Of a stretch of 64,000 nt of DNA, positions 37,235 to 48,518 are shown one piece after another. The position numbers and the translations under genes are program-made. Below the pieces are notes generated by a model. It made no database searches, was not told where the DNA came from, and saw only the letters and a list, made by a program, of their open reading frames with translations. Origin of the DNA: Felis catus (taxonomy: Eukaryota); contig NC_058368.1 in assembly GCF_018350175.1 (NCBI RefSeq), forward strand, positions 179,864,001-179,928,000. The letters are read 5' to 3'. The first letter of the stretch is position 1, and the number at the start of each line of letters is the position of its first letter.

Positions 37235-37830
37235 AACAGCTGGAAGTTGGCCAGAATGGCTGAAGTGCCAAGAACAAGGGGATCAGTGACACGAAGGGAG
37301 ACTGGAGAATTAGGCAGAGGTCCAATCAGGCAGGGTCTTGTGGACCAGTTTAAGGACTCTTATCCATGGTTGCCCAGTGTTTTCTGTAAAGGGCCAATCT
37401 CTATCATAACTATTCAACTGTGCTATTGTGGCACAGAAGCAGCCACAGACAATACATAAACAAGAGGCTGAGTTCCAGAAAACCTTGTTTCAGGCAGCAG
37501 GCTGGATTTGGCCCATGGGCCATAGTTTGCTGACACCTGGCCTAGTCTAAGGACACTGAGAAGCCTTTAAAAGCTATAAGGAAGTTACCTAATGATGTTT
37601 ATGTTTGTGAAAGAGCTCTCTGGCTCCAGGGAGGAGAGCTGATTGCAGGGAACAGAAGCTTTGGAGTAGCCCCAGAAGAGATGGTGATGGCTCAGGTGAG
37701 AATATGGCCAGTGGATAGACAAGTCGATTGCACAGACACTTGGAAGTGTAAATGATAGAGCCTGGTGATTGGATGGGTACAAGAATCAAGGAGAGGGAAG
37801 CATCAAGACTGATGCCCAGGCCTCTGGCCA
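37235..37830 (-). mobile_element. LINE-2 fragment interrupted by MER58A
   Basis: GGCAGAGGTCCAATCAGGCAGGGTCTTGTGGACCAGTTTAAGGAC [insertion] ...AGAGATGGTGATGGCT...GAGAGGGAAGCATCAAGACTGATGCCCAGG. Confidence 0.75.
37365..37539 (+). mobile_element. MER58A-like hAT-Charlie element (internally deleted)
   Basis: TTTTCTGTAAAGGGCCA...GCAGCCACAGACAATACATAAAC...GGATTTGGCCCATGGGCCATAGTTTGCTGACACCTG. Confidence 0.88.
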
Positions 37831-38517
37831 GTAGAATGTTCTGAGTATCAGTTTGTTTTACCCTTCCTTGTTTCTTCCATCTAATGATCTGTTAAACCCT
37901 TTCCCCAAAACATTCTCAATCCCCTCCTTCTGTTTCTGCTTATGGACTCTCTATCATTGTCCCAGTCATCAAGACTCCAGGCTGGAATCATCCTTGACTC
38001 CTTCTCTCCTATGAGTCCTGCTCTTTCCTAATTAAGTACATGAGCTGTCAACTCAGCTCCACCATCTGCAATTGCAACCACCCCCTCTCTGTGACCTTGG
38101 TCTCTCACTCTTCCCCTTCCAAACCTCTTGGTCTTGGTCCGAGCACATTCCCATGGTGCACATTCCCACCTCTGCAGATTATAATTCATATTGGTTCACA
38201 CACTCCACTTATTGTGCCTACGTAGGGTTGATCTTCTTTGCAAAGACCCAGACCTCCCTTTGAAACCTTGCTCCTTGACACAGTAACACTACAGAACGGG
38301 GCCAGTTGCTTAACTTCCGAAATCCTTAGTTTGCTCATCTGTAAAATGGAGTTAACTTTATTAATATGAGTATTAGCATATTGCTATGAATACTAACAAA
38401 GAAAACTCACAGAATCCATTTAGAAGATGACAGATGTTCAGTAAATATTCCTTTCCTTTTCCCACACTCCCAAAGGGGGTTAAATAATTTGGGGGGGGGG
38501 TTAAATAATTAAGCAAA

Positions 38518-38712
38518 GGGCACCTGGGTGGCTCAGTCAGTTGAGTGTCCAACTTCAGCTCAAGCCATAATCTCGTGGTTTATGAGTTAGAGCCCCGAGT
38601 GAGACTCACTGCTGTCAGCACAGAGCCTGCTTTGGATCCTCTAGCCCCTTGTCTCTCTGTCCTCCTCCCCTGCTCACACTCTGTCTCAACATAAATAAAA
38701 CATTTTAAAAAA
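38518..38712 (+). mobile_element. CanSINE (diverged)
   Basis: GGGCACCTGGGTGGCTCAGTCAGTTGAGTGTCCAACTTCAGCTC head and ATAAATAAAACATTTTAAAAAA tail. Confidence 0.93.
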
Positions 38713-39275
38713 GTAAATGAACAAGCTTTTATGGATAAAGTACTTAGAATAGTGTCTGACACATAGTATGTGCTCAGTAAAGATTGACCAACTTTTTTCC
38801 TATTTAATATAAACATCAGGCAGAGTTATAAACTGTTGTCCCTCTGCTTGTTATTCCATCATTATGATAATCAGTTTGGGGAACTTGCAGATCAAGAGTG
38901 GGGGTGGGGAAGCAGCTTGGAGCAGGGACGGAAGAAGATGCAGCTGGAGACGAGAGTAGGGCACTAATGGTGTGCAGTTCCCAAAATCAACTTCACCTAA
39001 TTTTTAATTTTGCTAATGGCTAGTCTTTATTTGAGATGTCATGCTGAAATAACTCTTTTAATAAAGGAAAACTAATGCACTCATTTCCCCCCCCCTTCCT
39101 CTACATCAGCAAGGACTTGGTGCAATGATGTATATCACCCTTTTATTTTAATTAAGCATATAGCTGTGAGAGGCTTGTAAAAATGTTGCCAACAGAGAAA
39201 TGCTTTAACGGACGTGAACTTGAGGTTGGCTTGTCCCATATATCTTTACTACATAAAATTGCCCTCTTCATCTTG

Positions 39276-39486
39276 CACGTGAGGTGAATAGATGAGCCCC
39301 AGTGAGCACCTCTGGGGTGGAGGAAATAGGGTGTTTGGGAACATGAAGAGTGTGCTGTTGCTAGCATTCTCAGGAAGACTGAGAAGAGAAGAAGAAAAAG
39401 GAAAGCTGTTTTCTGTGCATGATCACGTGCAGGGAAATATCCCCTTTGAGGTTTTCTATCATTTGCCCTCCACGTGTCACGTGACA
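39276..39486. promoter_or_regulatory. Cluster of four canonical E-boxes (CACGTG), including the palindrome TGTCACGTGACA
   Basis: CACGTG at 39276, 39424, 39471 and 39478. Motifs are read directly; function is inferred only. Confidence 0.4.
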
Positions 39487-39863
39487 GATGGTATCTAAAT
39501 GCACAGATTTTGAGGGGGGCGGAAATCGAGTTTTAAATCTGAGACCTGGGATCAAATTCCAGCAGTCCAGTTCCAGAGTCTCTGCATTCAGTCATTGTGC
39601 TAAGCTACTCCCCCACTGACGGGGCATAGCCAGGTGTCCTGGTGAGAAGATTGCAGGTATTCCGTGAACTGTAGATGAGTGAGTGATGCAATGTGCAATG
39701 CTTCGTAACTAGTAGATCAGTGAGTGCAGCACGGAAGGCTGAGTGTGGGGTGTCTGTGATTCCTATTTAAAAAAATATATAGGGAGAGAAACTCTGTTTA
39801 AGCCAGGAAAAGAGAGAGAGACCGAGAAACTGACTTACACAAAAGAGGTTTTAAGGGAAGAGA

Positions 39864-39864
<1 letters not shown>

Positions 39865-39903
<39 letters not shown>
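39865..39903. repeat. (CA)19 microsatellite
   Basis: Read directly. Confidence 0.97.
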
Positions 39904-39905
<2 letters not shown>

Positions 39906-40849
39906 CTCATAGAGAAGTAAGCTTGTGCTGGAAGAGGGAGAAAGAAGGCAGCGGTTTGGGAAGCAACGTGGAAACCCCCTGAATGCCCACACTCTCCACT
40001 CACGAGGGCTGGAAAGCGCATTAAAACTGAATAAGGAAGTTGGTGAGATGTAGCCCCACAGGGGCATCTGTATTCCCTCTGTGCAGCCACAATTGTCTCA
40101 CTGGTGAATAATTCATTCTGAGATTATCCTCCCAGGCTCTAGTTAAGTTGTTGTGCTTGCTGTCTGCAAAATCGGCTGGGTGTACGAAGCTGTTGTGCAG
40201 CGTCGTGGAGAGGGGAAGTTCATAGAAGCAGGGTCTCCACAGCTGTGGGGGCTCCAGGTTGCTGAAACCTTTCACTCCCAAAAAGAAGCCAAATGCATCC
40301 AGTCAGCATGTTTATCTTCCCCGAAGGCAGGTTTGACTTCCTTACTTTGTAGCCTTTTATTTTCCTCTTCTAGAATTCTGTCCAAATGGAACTAGACATC
40401 CCAAAGCTGTTTATCTTCTAGAATCAAGGTCATTGTTACAGAGAGTTTGCTGTTCCAGAAACTGGGTTCTATAGATTCATGCTGGAAAGAAATGACAGTC
40501 ACTTCCATGTAGTAACAGCCAAAACCCCCATTTGATTTTATCCGTTCTAAATCATTTAGTGTGTACTGCTGATTATGAACATTGACTTTTCTCAAAGTGA
40601 AGTCCTTGAATAGAAGAAAGCATATTAAGTAATATCATATTGAGAGCAGATCACCAAAACATGGCATGGGAAAAAGTTCTTGGCTTTTATGTTCCCACTT
40701 TTTATCAATGAGGAAGTGACTTTAAACAATAATATATAGAATCCAAAATATAATTTATTGTTGAAAAATTAAGGCACTTGGTGGTATTTAACCCGGAAAA
40801 GAAAAGCCTAGCATGTTGTTCAACTTATCTTTATTAAATAAGGCACTTT

Positions 40850-41290
40850 CAGAAAACAAAGAACAATATTATTTTTATAAAAATCAGGTATTACCTAATC
40901 TTACGATATAAAAGTTCCTCTCTACAGAGATAGCCATTATTAAAAGCTTGAGTATCTTTCCAGAAAGTTTCTATGCCTGTTCAAATGGAATCAGATTATA
41001 TATTGTTTGCAAGTTTGCTATTTCACTTAACAACATATCATGGCAACATTTCCATGTCTGAACAGAATTCTCTTTGAAAAAACTGCTTGGTCTTCTCCTG
41101 TCAAGATGCACTAGAATTTAGTTTAACATTAACCAGGCAATCACTGATAGAGATTTAAGTTGTTTCTAGCATCGCTGAGACAGTATTGTAGTAAACATCC
41201 TTATGCATCTATCTTTGTACATTACTCTGAGTATATTTATAGGATAAATCTCTAGAAGTGGAATGGCTGGGGCAGAACATTTTTAAGAAA
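40850..41290 (-). mobile_element. Ancient LINE-1 3' fragment (L1ME-like)
   Basis: TTTCACTTAACAACATATCATGG...CATTTCCATGTC...GATTTAAGTTGTTTCTAG...AAACATCCTT...AGGATAAATCTCTAGAAGTGGAATGGCTGGG. Confidence 0.8.
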
Positions 41291-43994
41291 AAAATGAAAT
41301 GGGCACAAATTAAAGCCAGGGTTCTTTGAGCTAGACAAAAGTAGTTTTGCCGTCCCTATATAACCTTGGATGCATCACTGAGGCTGTGACGTCTTCTTTT
41401 CCAAAGAGCTTTAGGAAGAACCACCCCCTGTCCAGGCCCAATGCAGCATTGCCGCATCAATGCTTGGGGAAGCTGTAGCCACGCCACACGTCTGTCCATG
41501 GATCCATACCGCTGAGAGCTCAGTTCTTCCACCTGACTATAATTAATGGCAAGTGCAAGGAAGTTGTTGGAAACGCAAATCGGGTTCACAAACCTCTTAT
41601 AAAATATCTTCTAAAAGCCCTCACCTCACTGCAGCCGTTGACAACATGGCTGGGGCCTCAGTGACAACTGATATACGAACTTCCTTTACCAAAGTATTAC
41701 TAGCCCCAGGGACCCTTTAAATCTCATTTTCTTTTGCTTTTACCCAAGTCGGAACACTAGGCAGAAATGCATATATATGTAAGATGAATACAGTGCACAG
41801 TTGAGATTTCTCCTGCTATGAGTCTCTCCACACCTTGAATTTTGGACTCTCAAGCCGTTTTTAAGTGCGGCTTCATTTTTCTTCCCTGTCATTACCTGAT
41901 TTCATCTGAAAATCTCAGCATGTGGTTCTCTTTTCCTTTAATTCAGTAGATTTGGCATTGCTGTTTATTATATCAACGTGACATCTATCTCATATAACAT
42001 CTTTGAAGCACCAGGATGTTTAAAAAAGGGGGGGGGAGCTTAACTCTTCGAGGCTAACTGGAGACTTTAAATTTATAGAGGTGACTTTAGCCCTTTGTAG
42101 ATCTTTCTCTAGATAGAAATATATTTGTAATCAAAATGATAATCCATATTCCCTCATTCCTCAGCTGAGATGAATGGAAAGAGACTTGGGGGAAGGCTGA
42201 GCTATTTATTCACAGATTGTTTAAAGTCAGAGTTAGTCTGTCTTGGGAGAAAAGATTGTATTAGCTTGATAAAGCTAACCCTTTCAGCCTGGGGGAGAAA
42301 AATTACACAATAACATCACAAAGGTTTCCTTGGCTTCTCTCAAGAGGAATTAGATTTTCACACACCAAAACCTTCCATATTGGAGGGTATGCTCCTAGAG
42401 ATAATATGGACATAAAAGCAATACCAGATTTTTCTTCTTTTGATGGGAAGCAGGAGACATTACAACAGACCCCAGGATTTAGAGAGAAGGCTGGCAGGGA
42501 GCCACAGGGGCATGGTGGAAGGGCTATGGCTGTCTTTCTTCAATACAGACAGTATCTTGCAAAAACCTGTCATTAGTGTCTGTGGCCAGAGGTGCCTTGT
42601 TTGGAGTTCTGGTTGGGATTCTTCAGCATGGAATATCAATAAGAAACAAATAGGGGGCTTTGACTATGATTTATGTCAGGAACCAGTCCTTTCGTTTCCC
42701 GCCGTGCCACACACAGATTGGGAAGTAGGCAAGGAAGCAAGCTGATGTATACAGCCAAGGCACGAGGCACAAGACAGAGCTGAGCAGGAGGGGTTGGAGC
42801 TGTTAAAATCTGGCTTGTAAATCTCAAGGTGTGAGAACACTACGACTTAGCTAGAAATTGCTGTTGACTCTGACCCTGGAACCTAAGCTCACTCCACATT
42901 TGACCTTAGATAGGGTGTTGATTTCAGATTGTTTTTTAGTCTTTCAGGCCCTCAACCTGATGATGATTAAGCAATAATGCTGGGGGCCGTCTGTTCCTAG
43001 TTACTCATCATCCCACTGGAGGGATAGAAAAACTCCTATTTAGCACTCCCTTCATTTATTTCTGTCTCCTTTGTACCTCTGAAGCTGAACATATTAGTCA
43101 TGTTGTATGACAAGGATCGCAGGGATATTCCCAGCTGTTTGGAAGGAGACAGGGAGAAATGACAGGCAGAGAGGCCACTATCAATAATACAAAGCACCAC
43201 AGGTGAGGTGTGTGGCATTTTGGTGTTGTCAGCAAACTAGCCAGATCCCAGTCAATCTCTTGTAGGAGGTGTGCCCAGTGGACTTGAGAAAAAAGTTGCC
43301 TGGAGAAAGAGTTGGGTAGAGGGGCAGGTGAAAAACTCCACGTAAGACTGAGAAATACATTATTTCTAAAATTGACAGTCCTTTTTGATGAGTTAAGTGG
43401 AAGCGAGTTATGATCTAAATCAATAGAATTGATAATTTTTTCATCTTGAAAGGTTAACCGTATTTTTGACACTCCCCTATCTCCCAAGCAACTTGGCTTT
43501 TAAGAAAAAAGAAAAAAATCCTCTGGGCAAGGAGCCTCAGATACACTTAATTTAGGGCTGATGTTTATGACTGGTCATTGACCTTGAAATTCCATTAGTG
43601 CTAATGAAGGACAGTGCTGGATGCGTCCTGCCCAGAGACGGGAGTCCGGTAAGTGACAGGCTTGGCGCCTGGAGCCCCCCCCCCCCCCTCCCTCCAACTC
43701 CACGCTCAGCTAGATCTGACTTCCCCGGGTCCTTCTGCCTCAGCCAAGGCTCTGTCCTGCAGGCCTTCCAGACAGCCTCCCCCTGGCTGCGGGTCCTCCT
43801 GGACCTTCCTCCCAGAAGAGAGGAGAAAAGTCCTATTAGAGTGAGTTTATTGTTTGCTGTATCTGCTTCTCCTTTCCCAGAGCCCTGGAATTCAAATGCA
43901 GATATGCAGCTGGCATCCTAAAATTTTCCATCTGAAAGAGACAAAGATAACCGTTGTGAATATTTTGCTACTGGTGGGGTTGCTACTGTTGTTT

Positions 43995-45335
43995 CGCCAA
44001 AGTATTTTAAAGTAAATTATGGACATTGTGACACTTTTTATTCCCAAATATTTTAGTATGCCTCATTAAAAAGTAAAAATATGCTCTTCCACAACTATAA
44101 CACCATTATCATGCTTTTAAAAAATGAATAATTCCTTAGTATCATCCAATATCCAGGCGATATTACAAGTCCCCCATTATTCTAAAAATATTTTTTTTAG
44201 CAACGGGTTTGTTCAGATTACAAACCAAACGGTATGCCTGTTGCATTTAGCTGTTATTCCTTTTTAGGTCTAGAACTATGCTCTTCCCTACAATAGCCTC
44301 TGACCACAAGTAGCCTCTGGCTTACAAACACTTAAAATGTAGCTAGTCCAAATTAAGACATGCTAGAAGTGTACAAAACATACCAGATTTCGAGGACAGT
44401 ACCAAAAGCAAATGTCAAATGGCTCATTAACAATTTTATATTGATTCTGTGTTGAGATTATAATATTTTGGATGTCGTGGATATAATAAAATATATTAAA
44501 TATATTTCAGGTGTTTCTTTTTACTTTTCTAACGTGGCTACTAAAAAATCTAAGATTCTGTAGGGGCTGGCATTTGTGGCCCATATTGTGTCTCTATTGG
44601 ATAGCACTGGTCTAAAAGATCACCCTCTGCTTTTAATCTGGAAAAGTTTCTTCCTCTGTTTTTCTCTTGCCCTTGACTTATTGAAGAAACCAGGTCCTGA
44701 GGTATGCCCCATCTTTGGGATACTTTTTTGATGGCTCCTGTATGCTACAGTTTAACTTCTTCCTCTAGCCCTAGATTTCTAACAGCTGGTTAATTAGGCT
44801 TGCTTAGATTCAGGTTTCAATTTTTCCCCAAGAAGCCTCCACGAGTGACACTGAACTTCAGAGTACCACCTCAGGATGCCCCTAATCTTTGTCTCCTTGC
44901 TAAGATTAATCAAGGAGTTAGGTGGTTACTATCTGATCCCTTTCTTGAAAAGATGCTTTTCCACCCTCATTACCAGCAATAAGCCGTGACCAAGTATTGG
45001 GCACCCTGAATCTCTTTAACTTAATGATTTAACATTCATTGGTGACTGTTGCCTGAATTAATTATTTAATTGGAGGTTAGGTTGCAAAATGACTTTTTCT
45101 ACCATCTGTTTAGGTCTGTTAGTTATAATTTACATGAAAAGAAAAACTCAAAACCTAGACCATTTGGTTGCTGTGAAACACAGTTCCTACAGGAGAGACC
45201 AGATAAGGTGCTTGATGCCTTCTCTTTACCAGTTTTCAGAATAAAGAGTTGTAGAGTGGGGACAAGTGAATTTTTTTTATTTCTCTTCTTGAGTAGTACT
45301 GTGTACGTAGGGATTTTTGTATATTAAATATCAAG
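43995..45335 (-). mobile_element. Ancient LINE-1 3' region (L1MC4/5-like) interrupted by MER33
   Basis: AAGTATTTTAAAGTAAATTA...CACAACTATAACACCATTATCA...AATAATTCCTTAGTATCATCCAATATCCAG...TTGACTTATTGAAGAAACCAGG...TTAGATTCAGGTT. Confidence 0.8.
44276..44609. mobile_element. MER33-like hAT-Charlie element with 8-bp TSD
   Basis: CACTTAAAATGTAGCTAGTCCAAATTAAGA...AACAATTTTATATTGATT...ACGTGGCTACTA...CTATTGGATAGCACTG. TSD GTCTAGAA (44268-44275) and GTCTAAAA (44610-44617). Confidence 0.88.
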
Positions 45336-45422
45336 TAGGATTTTACACTTTTAAATTCGTTCCCAGCACCTAAAAATCCAGAAAAAGAAATCTAGAAATT
45401 TTGCTTTAAAATCTGTAGTTCC

Positions 45423-45643
45423 GGGGCTCCTGGGTGGCTCAGTTGGTTAGGTGACTGATTTCGGTTCAGGTCATGATCTCACAGTCTGTGGGTTCGAGCC
45501 CCACGTTGGGCTCTGTGCTGACAGTTCAGAGCCTGGATGGAGCCTGCTTCATATTCTGTATCTCCCTCTCTCTCTCTGCCCCTCCCCAACTCACGTTCTG
45601 TCTCTGTCAAAAATGAATAAACATTAAAAAAAATTTTTTTTTT
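45423..45643 (+). mobile_element. CanSINE (SINEC_Fc type)
   Basis: Full body. TSD AA(A/G)TCTGTAGTTC at 45409-45421 and 45644-45656. Confidence 0.96.
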
Positions 45644-46227
45644 AAGTCTGTAGTTCTGAATTCCCATGGGAAACTGGGAGCTCAAGCAACAGAGGGCTCA
45701 CATGTTCACCACGCCCCAACCCCAACCCTCCACCCTGGCCCCCCGGAGCCATCTGGAGGGGAAACTCAGTCCTCACACAGGCCATCTGCACCCTGCCCCC
45801 AAGTTAGGTTCTCTGCCTCATCCCTGTAATTCGTTGTGTGACCCTGAGTCCACCTGATGTCATGAATAAAGAAATAAAAGTACAGAGAGAAACGCCTGGC
45901 TGAGGGTTAAACAGCACAGTGAGGGGCGGAGGAACTAGAAGCCAGGTTTCCTCCCTCCCAGGAGGGACCACTGGGTTCATACTCTGTAACCAGGAGGCTG
46001 TTCCCAGAAAGCCTAAGTAACAGTACAGCAGCTAGAGGAAGGCGCCCATTCGGTGTGTGCTCTGTGTTGTCTGCATGCAGATGACAGCTTAATACTGCTG
46101 CTACTGTGGTTCTCTCTGACTGTGATTAAATTTTCCCAAATCCTGGGCAGACTCTGATGCTGCCCACAGCATTAGCCCTCCTTGGGGACCATGACCTGTG
46201 GAGTCTATGTGAACTACTCAAAATAAA

Positions 46228-46780
46228 TAGGATTAGTACAACCTCTTTGGAGACCCCTTGGGCAATATTTATCAAAATTTTAAGTGCATATACCCTTTAA
46301 GACCCAGCAATTGCACTGCTAGGAATTTTTCTAACAGATATATTCACAAAATATTCCAAGATGTGTGCGCCTTGAAGTTCACTGTCCTCACAGAGAACTG
46401 GAAGCTGCCTTCACTAGGGGACCAGTTAATAGTTTATGGCACATCCATATATAAAGGAATAGCACGTGGTCATTTAAAAGAGTTAGCTAGACCTGCATGT
46501 GCAGATATGGGTGAGGTACAGTGAAGTTTAAAAGGTACCATTAAGTTAAAAAAGGAAAATGTAGAATAGTGTGTATATTATTTTCTTATTTGTGCTTATT
46601 TTAAATAATATGTATAAATGCCAGTATATGTAGAAAGACATTTTCAAGAAAGATACACAAGAAAATATTAAAATCTTCATAGGTAGAGACTAGAGGTCAG
46701 AGTGAAGGCAAAAAATAATTGGTTTTACTCTCCATTTTGTATCCTTATGGATTTTTTTATGGACATGTATTAATTTTTTA
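46228..46780 (+). mobile_element. Ancient LINE-1 3' fragment (L1ME-like)
   Basis: ATTAGTACAACCTCTTTGGAG...TTGGGCAATATTTATCAAAATT...GACCCAGCAATTGCACTGCTAGGAATTT...AAGATACACAAGAAA. Confidence 0.8.
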
Positions 46781-46795
46781 AATATTAAATTTATA

Positions 46796-47001
46796 GGGGC
46801 GCCTGGGTGGCTCAGGCAGTTATGCATCCGACTTTGGCTCTGGTCGTGATCTCACAGTTCGTGGGTTTTAGCCCCGTGTGGGGCTCTGTGCTGACAGCTT
46901 AGAGCCTGGAACCTGCTTCGGATGCTGTGTCTCCCTCTCTCTCTGCCCCTCCCCTGCTTGCACATGCACGCTCTCTCTTTTAAAAATAAAAACATTTAAA
47001 A
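46796..47001 (+). mobile_element. CanSINE (SINEC_Fc type)
   Basis: Full body. TSD AAATATTAA(A/G)TTTATA at 46780-46795 and 47002-47017. Confidence 0.96.
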
Positions 47002-47769
47002 AAATATTAAGTTTATAAACAAGTTTGAGTATTCAACTCAAGCAGCTGGGTTAGGGGAAAACCAGTGGGTGCCGTTCTTTAAATCTGGTCTTCTGGTCAG
47101 AAGGGTAGTCGTGTTTCTCAAACCAGCAGCAGCCATAGATATACACCGAGCAAGATGCAGCAGGGGAGGTATTGGCAAGTGGTAAAGAGCTTGCTGTCAA
47201 ATTAGGGAGAAAAGACTGATGGACCTAAAGTGATTCAAACAAGGGCATCCAGTCTGGAATGAAGCGCTCATCTTGGCTTCTAGGCTGTTGGTGCTTCAGA
47301 ATACAGAAGAGAATCTGTTATCAGGAGATAGGGCAGGTCTGGGTGGAATCCCAAAGCCAAATGTTCAGTAATAGGTGCATCCAGGCTGGATAGGCACAGA
47401 GAAGTGGGAGGAAAGTCTGGGGACAGGGTGGGTAGGACAAGAGCAGTGGAGCTGAGGATGATGGAGTGGGGGGGGGGGGCATTCAGAAGGTTCAAGGGCT
47501 TTGGTTTGGTGGGACACGAGTTTACAGCCCAACTTGGTCACTTGTTGAGGAGCTATAAGCAAATATTGTAAAGTATATAAACAGTTGTAAAGTATATACA
47601 GTTTCTTCAGTTGTAAAGTGTGGAAACTCTATCCTAGAGTCATTAGAGGAATGGAAGGGTCTGATGTACATTCAGTGGTCAGTCCATGTGGGACACACAC
47701 CCCAACTTCTGGTGGGGCACGTGGACATGGAGGAAAAGAGGGGGGCTCAAAAAAGGGGAAGTGAGAGGA

Positions 47770-47900
47770 AGCATGTGGTAAAGATGGCTCAAAGCCTGAG
47801 GGTCTGGCTCCAATTCCTCACTCTACTGCCTTCCTGGCTGTACTGTGGGAGGCTTCCCTGACTTCTCAGATCTCTGGTTTTCTTGTCTGTTAAATGGGGA
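47770..47900 (+). mobile_element. MIR fragment
   Basis: GCATGTGGTAAAG...CTCTACTGCCTTCCTGGCTGT...CTCTGGTTTTCTTGTCTGTTAAATGGGG. Confidence 0.6.
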
Positions 47901-48079
47901 GAAAGTGAAAAACCTGGGACATCTTAAGTACTTGATAAAGGGGAGTGGTGGTTGTGCAAATGAAGATCAGTTGGAAAAGTTGAGGGTAGTCTGGCACAGA
48001 CAGCCTTGATTTTTACACAGGCTAGGTTTGGAGTCAGTTTCAAAACACTGTCATAGAAAATCCTCTCTAAGACCGTATA

Positions 48080-48290
48080 GGGGCACCAGGATGGCTCAGT
48101 CAGTTAAGCAAGCATTCAACTTTGGCTCAGGTCAGCGTCCAATATGGGCTGAAGTCATGATCTCATGGTTTGTGGGTTCGAGCCCCACATCAGTGTCTGT
48201 GCTGTCAGCATTGAGCCTGCTTCAGATCCTTGGCCTCCCTCTCTCTTGGCCCCTCCCCTGCTCATGTGCCCTCTCCCTCAAAAATAAAAA
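48080..48290 (+). mobile_element. CanSINE variant with an internal head duplication
   Basis: AGCATTCAACTTTGGCTCAGGTC is directly followed by AGCGTCCAATATGGGCTGAAGTC before ATGATCTC. Confidence 0.9.
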
Positions 48291-48303
48291 GACTGTCTAA
48301 GAC

Positions 48304-48518
48304 AGGGCACCTGGGTGGCATGGACGGTTAAGCATCCGACTTCGGCTCAGGCATGATCTCAAGGTTCGTGAGTTTGAGCCCCACATGGGGCTCTGTGCTG
48401 ACAGCTCGGAGCCTGGAGCCTGCTTCAGATTCTCTGTCTCCCTCTCTCTGCCCCTCCACCACTAATGCTCTGTCTTTCTCTCCCAAAAATAAATAAACAT
48501 TAAAAAAAATTAAAAAAT
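48304..48518 (+). mobile_element. CanSINE inserted at the tail of the preceding SINE
   Basis: TSD AAAAAGACTGTCTAAGA at 48286-48302 and 48519-48535. Confidence 0.96.

Noticed and set aside
39432..39444. NF-kB-like GGGAAATATCCCC inside the E-box cluster
   Set aside because: The spacing does not fit the 10-bp GGGRNWYYCC consensus on either strand.
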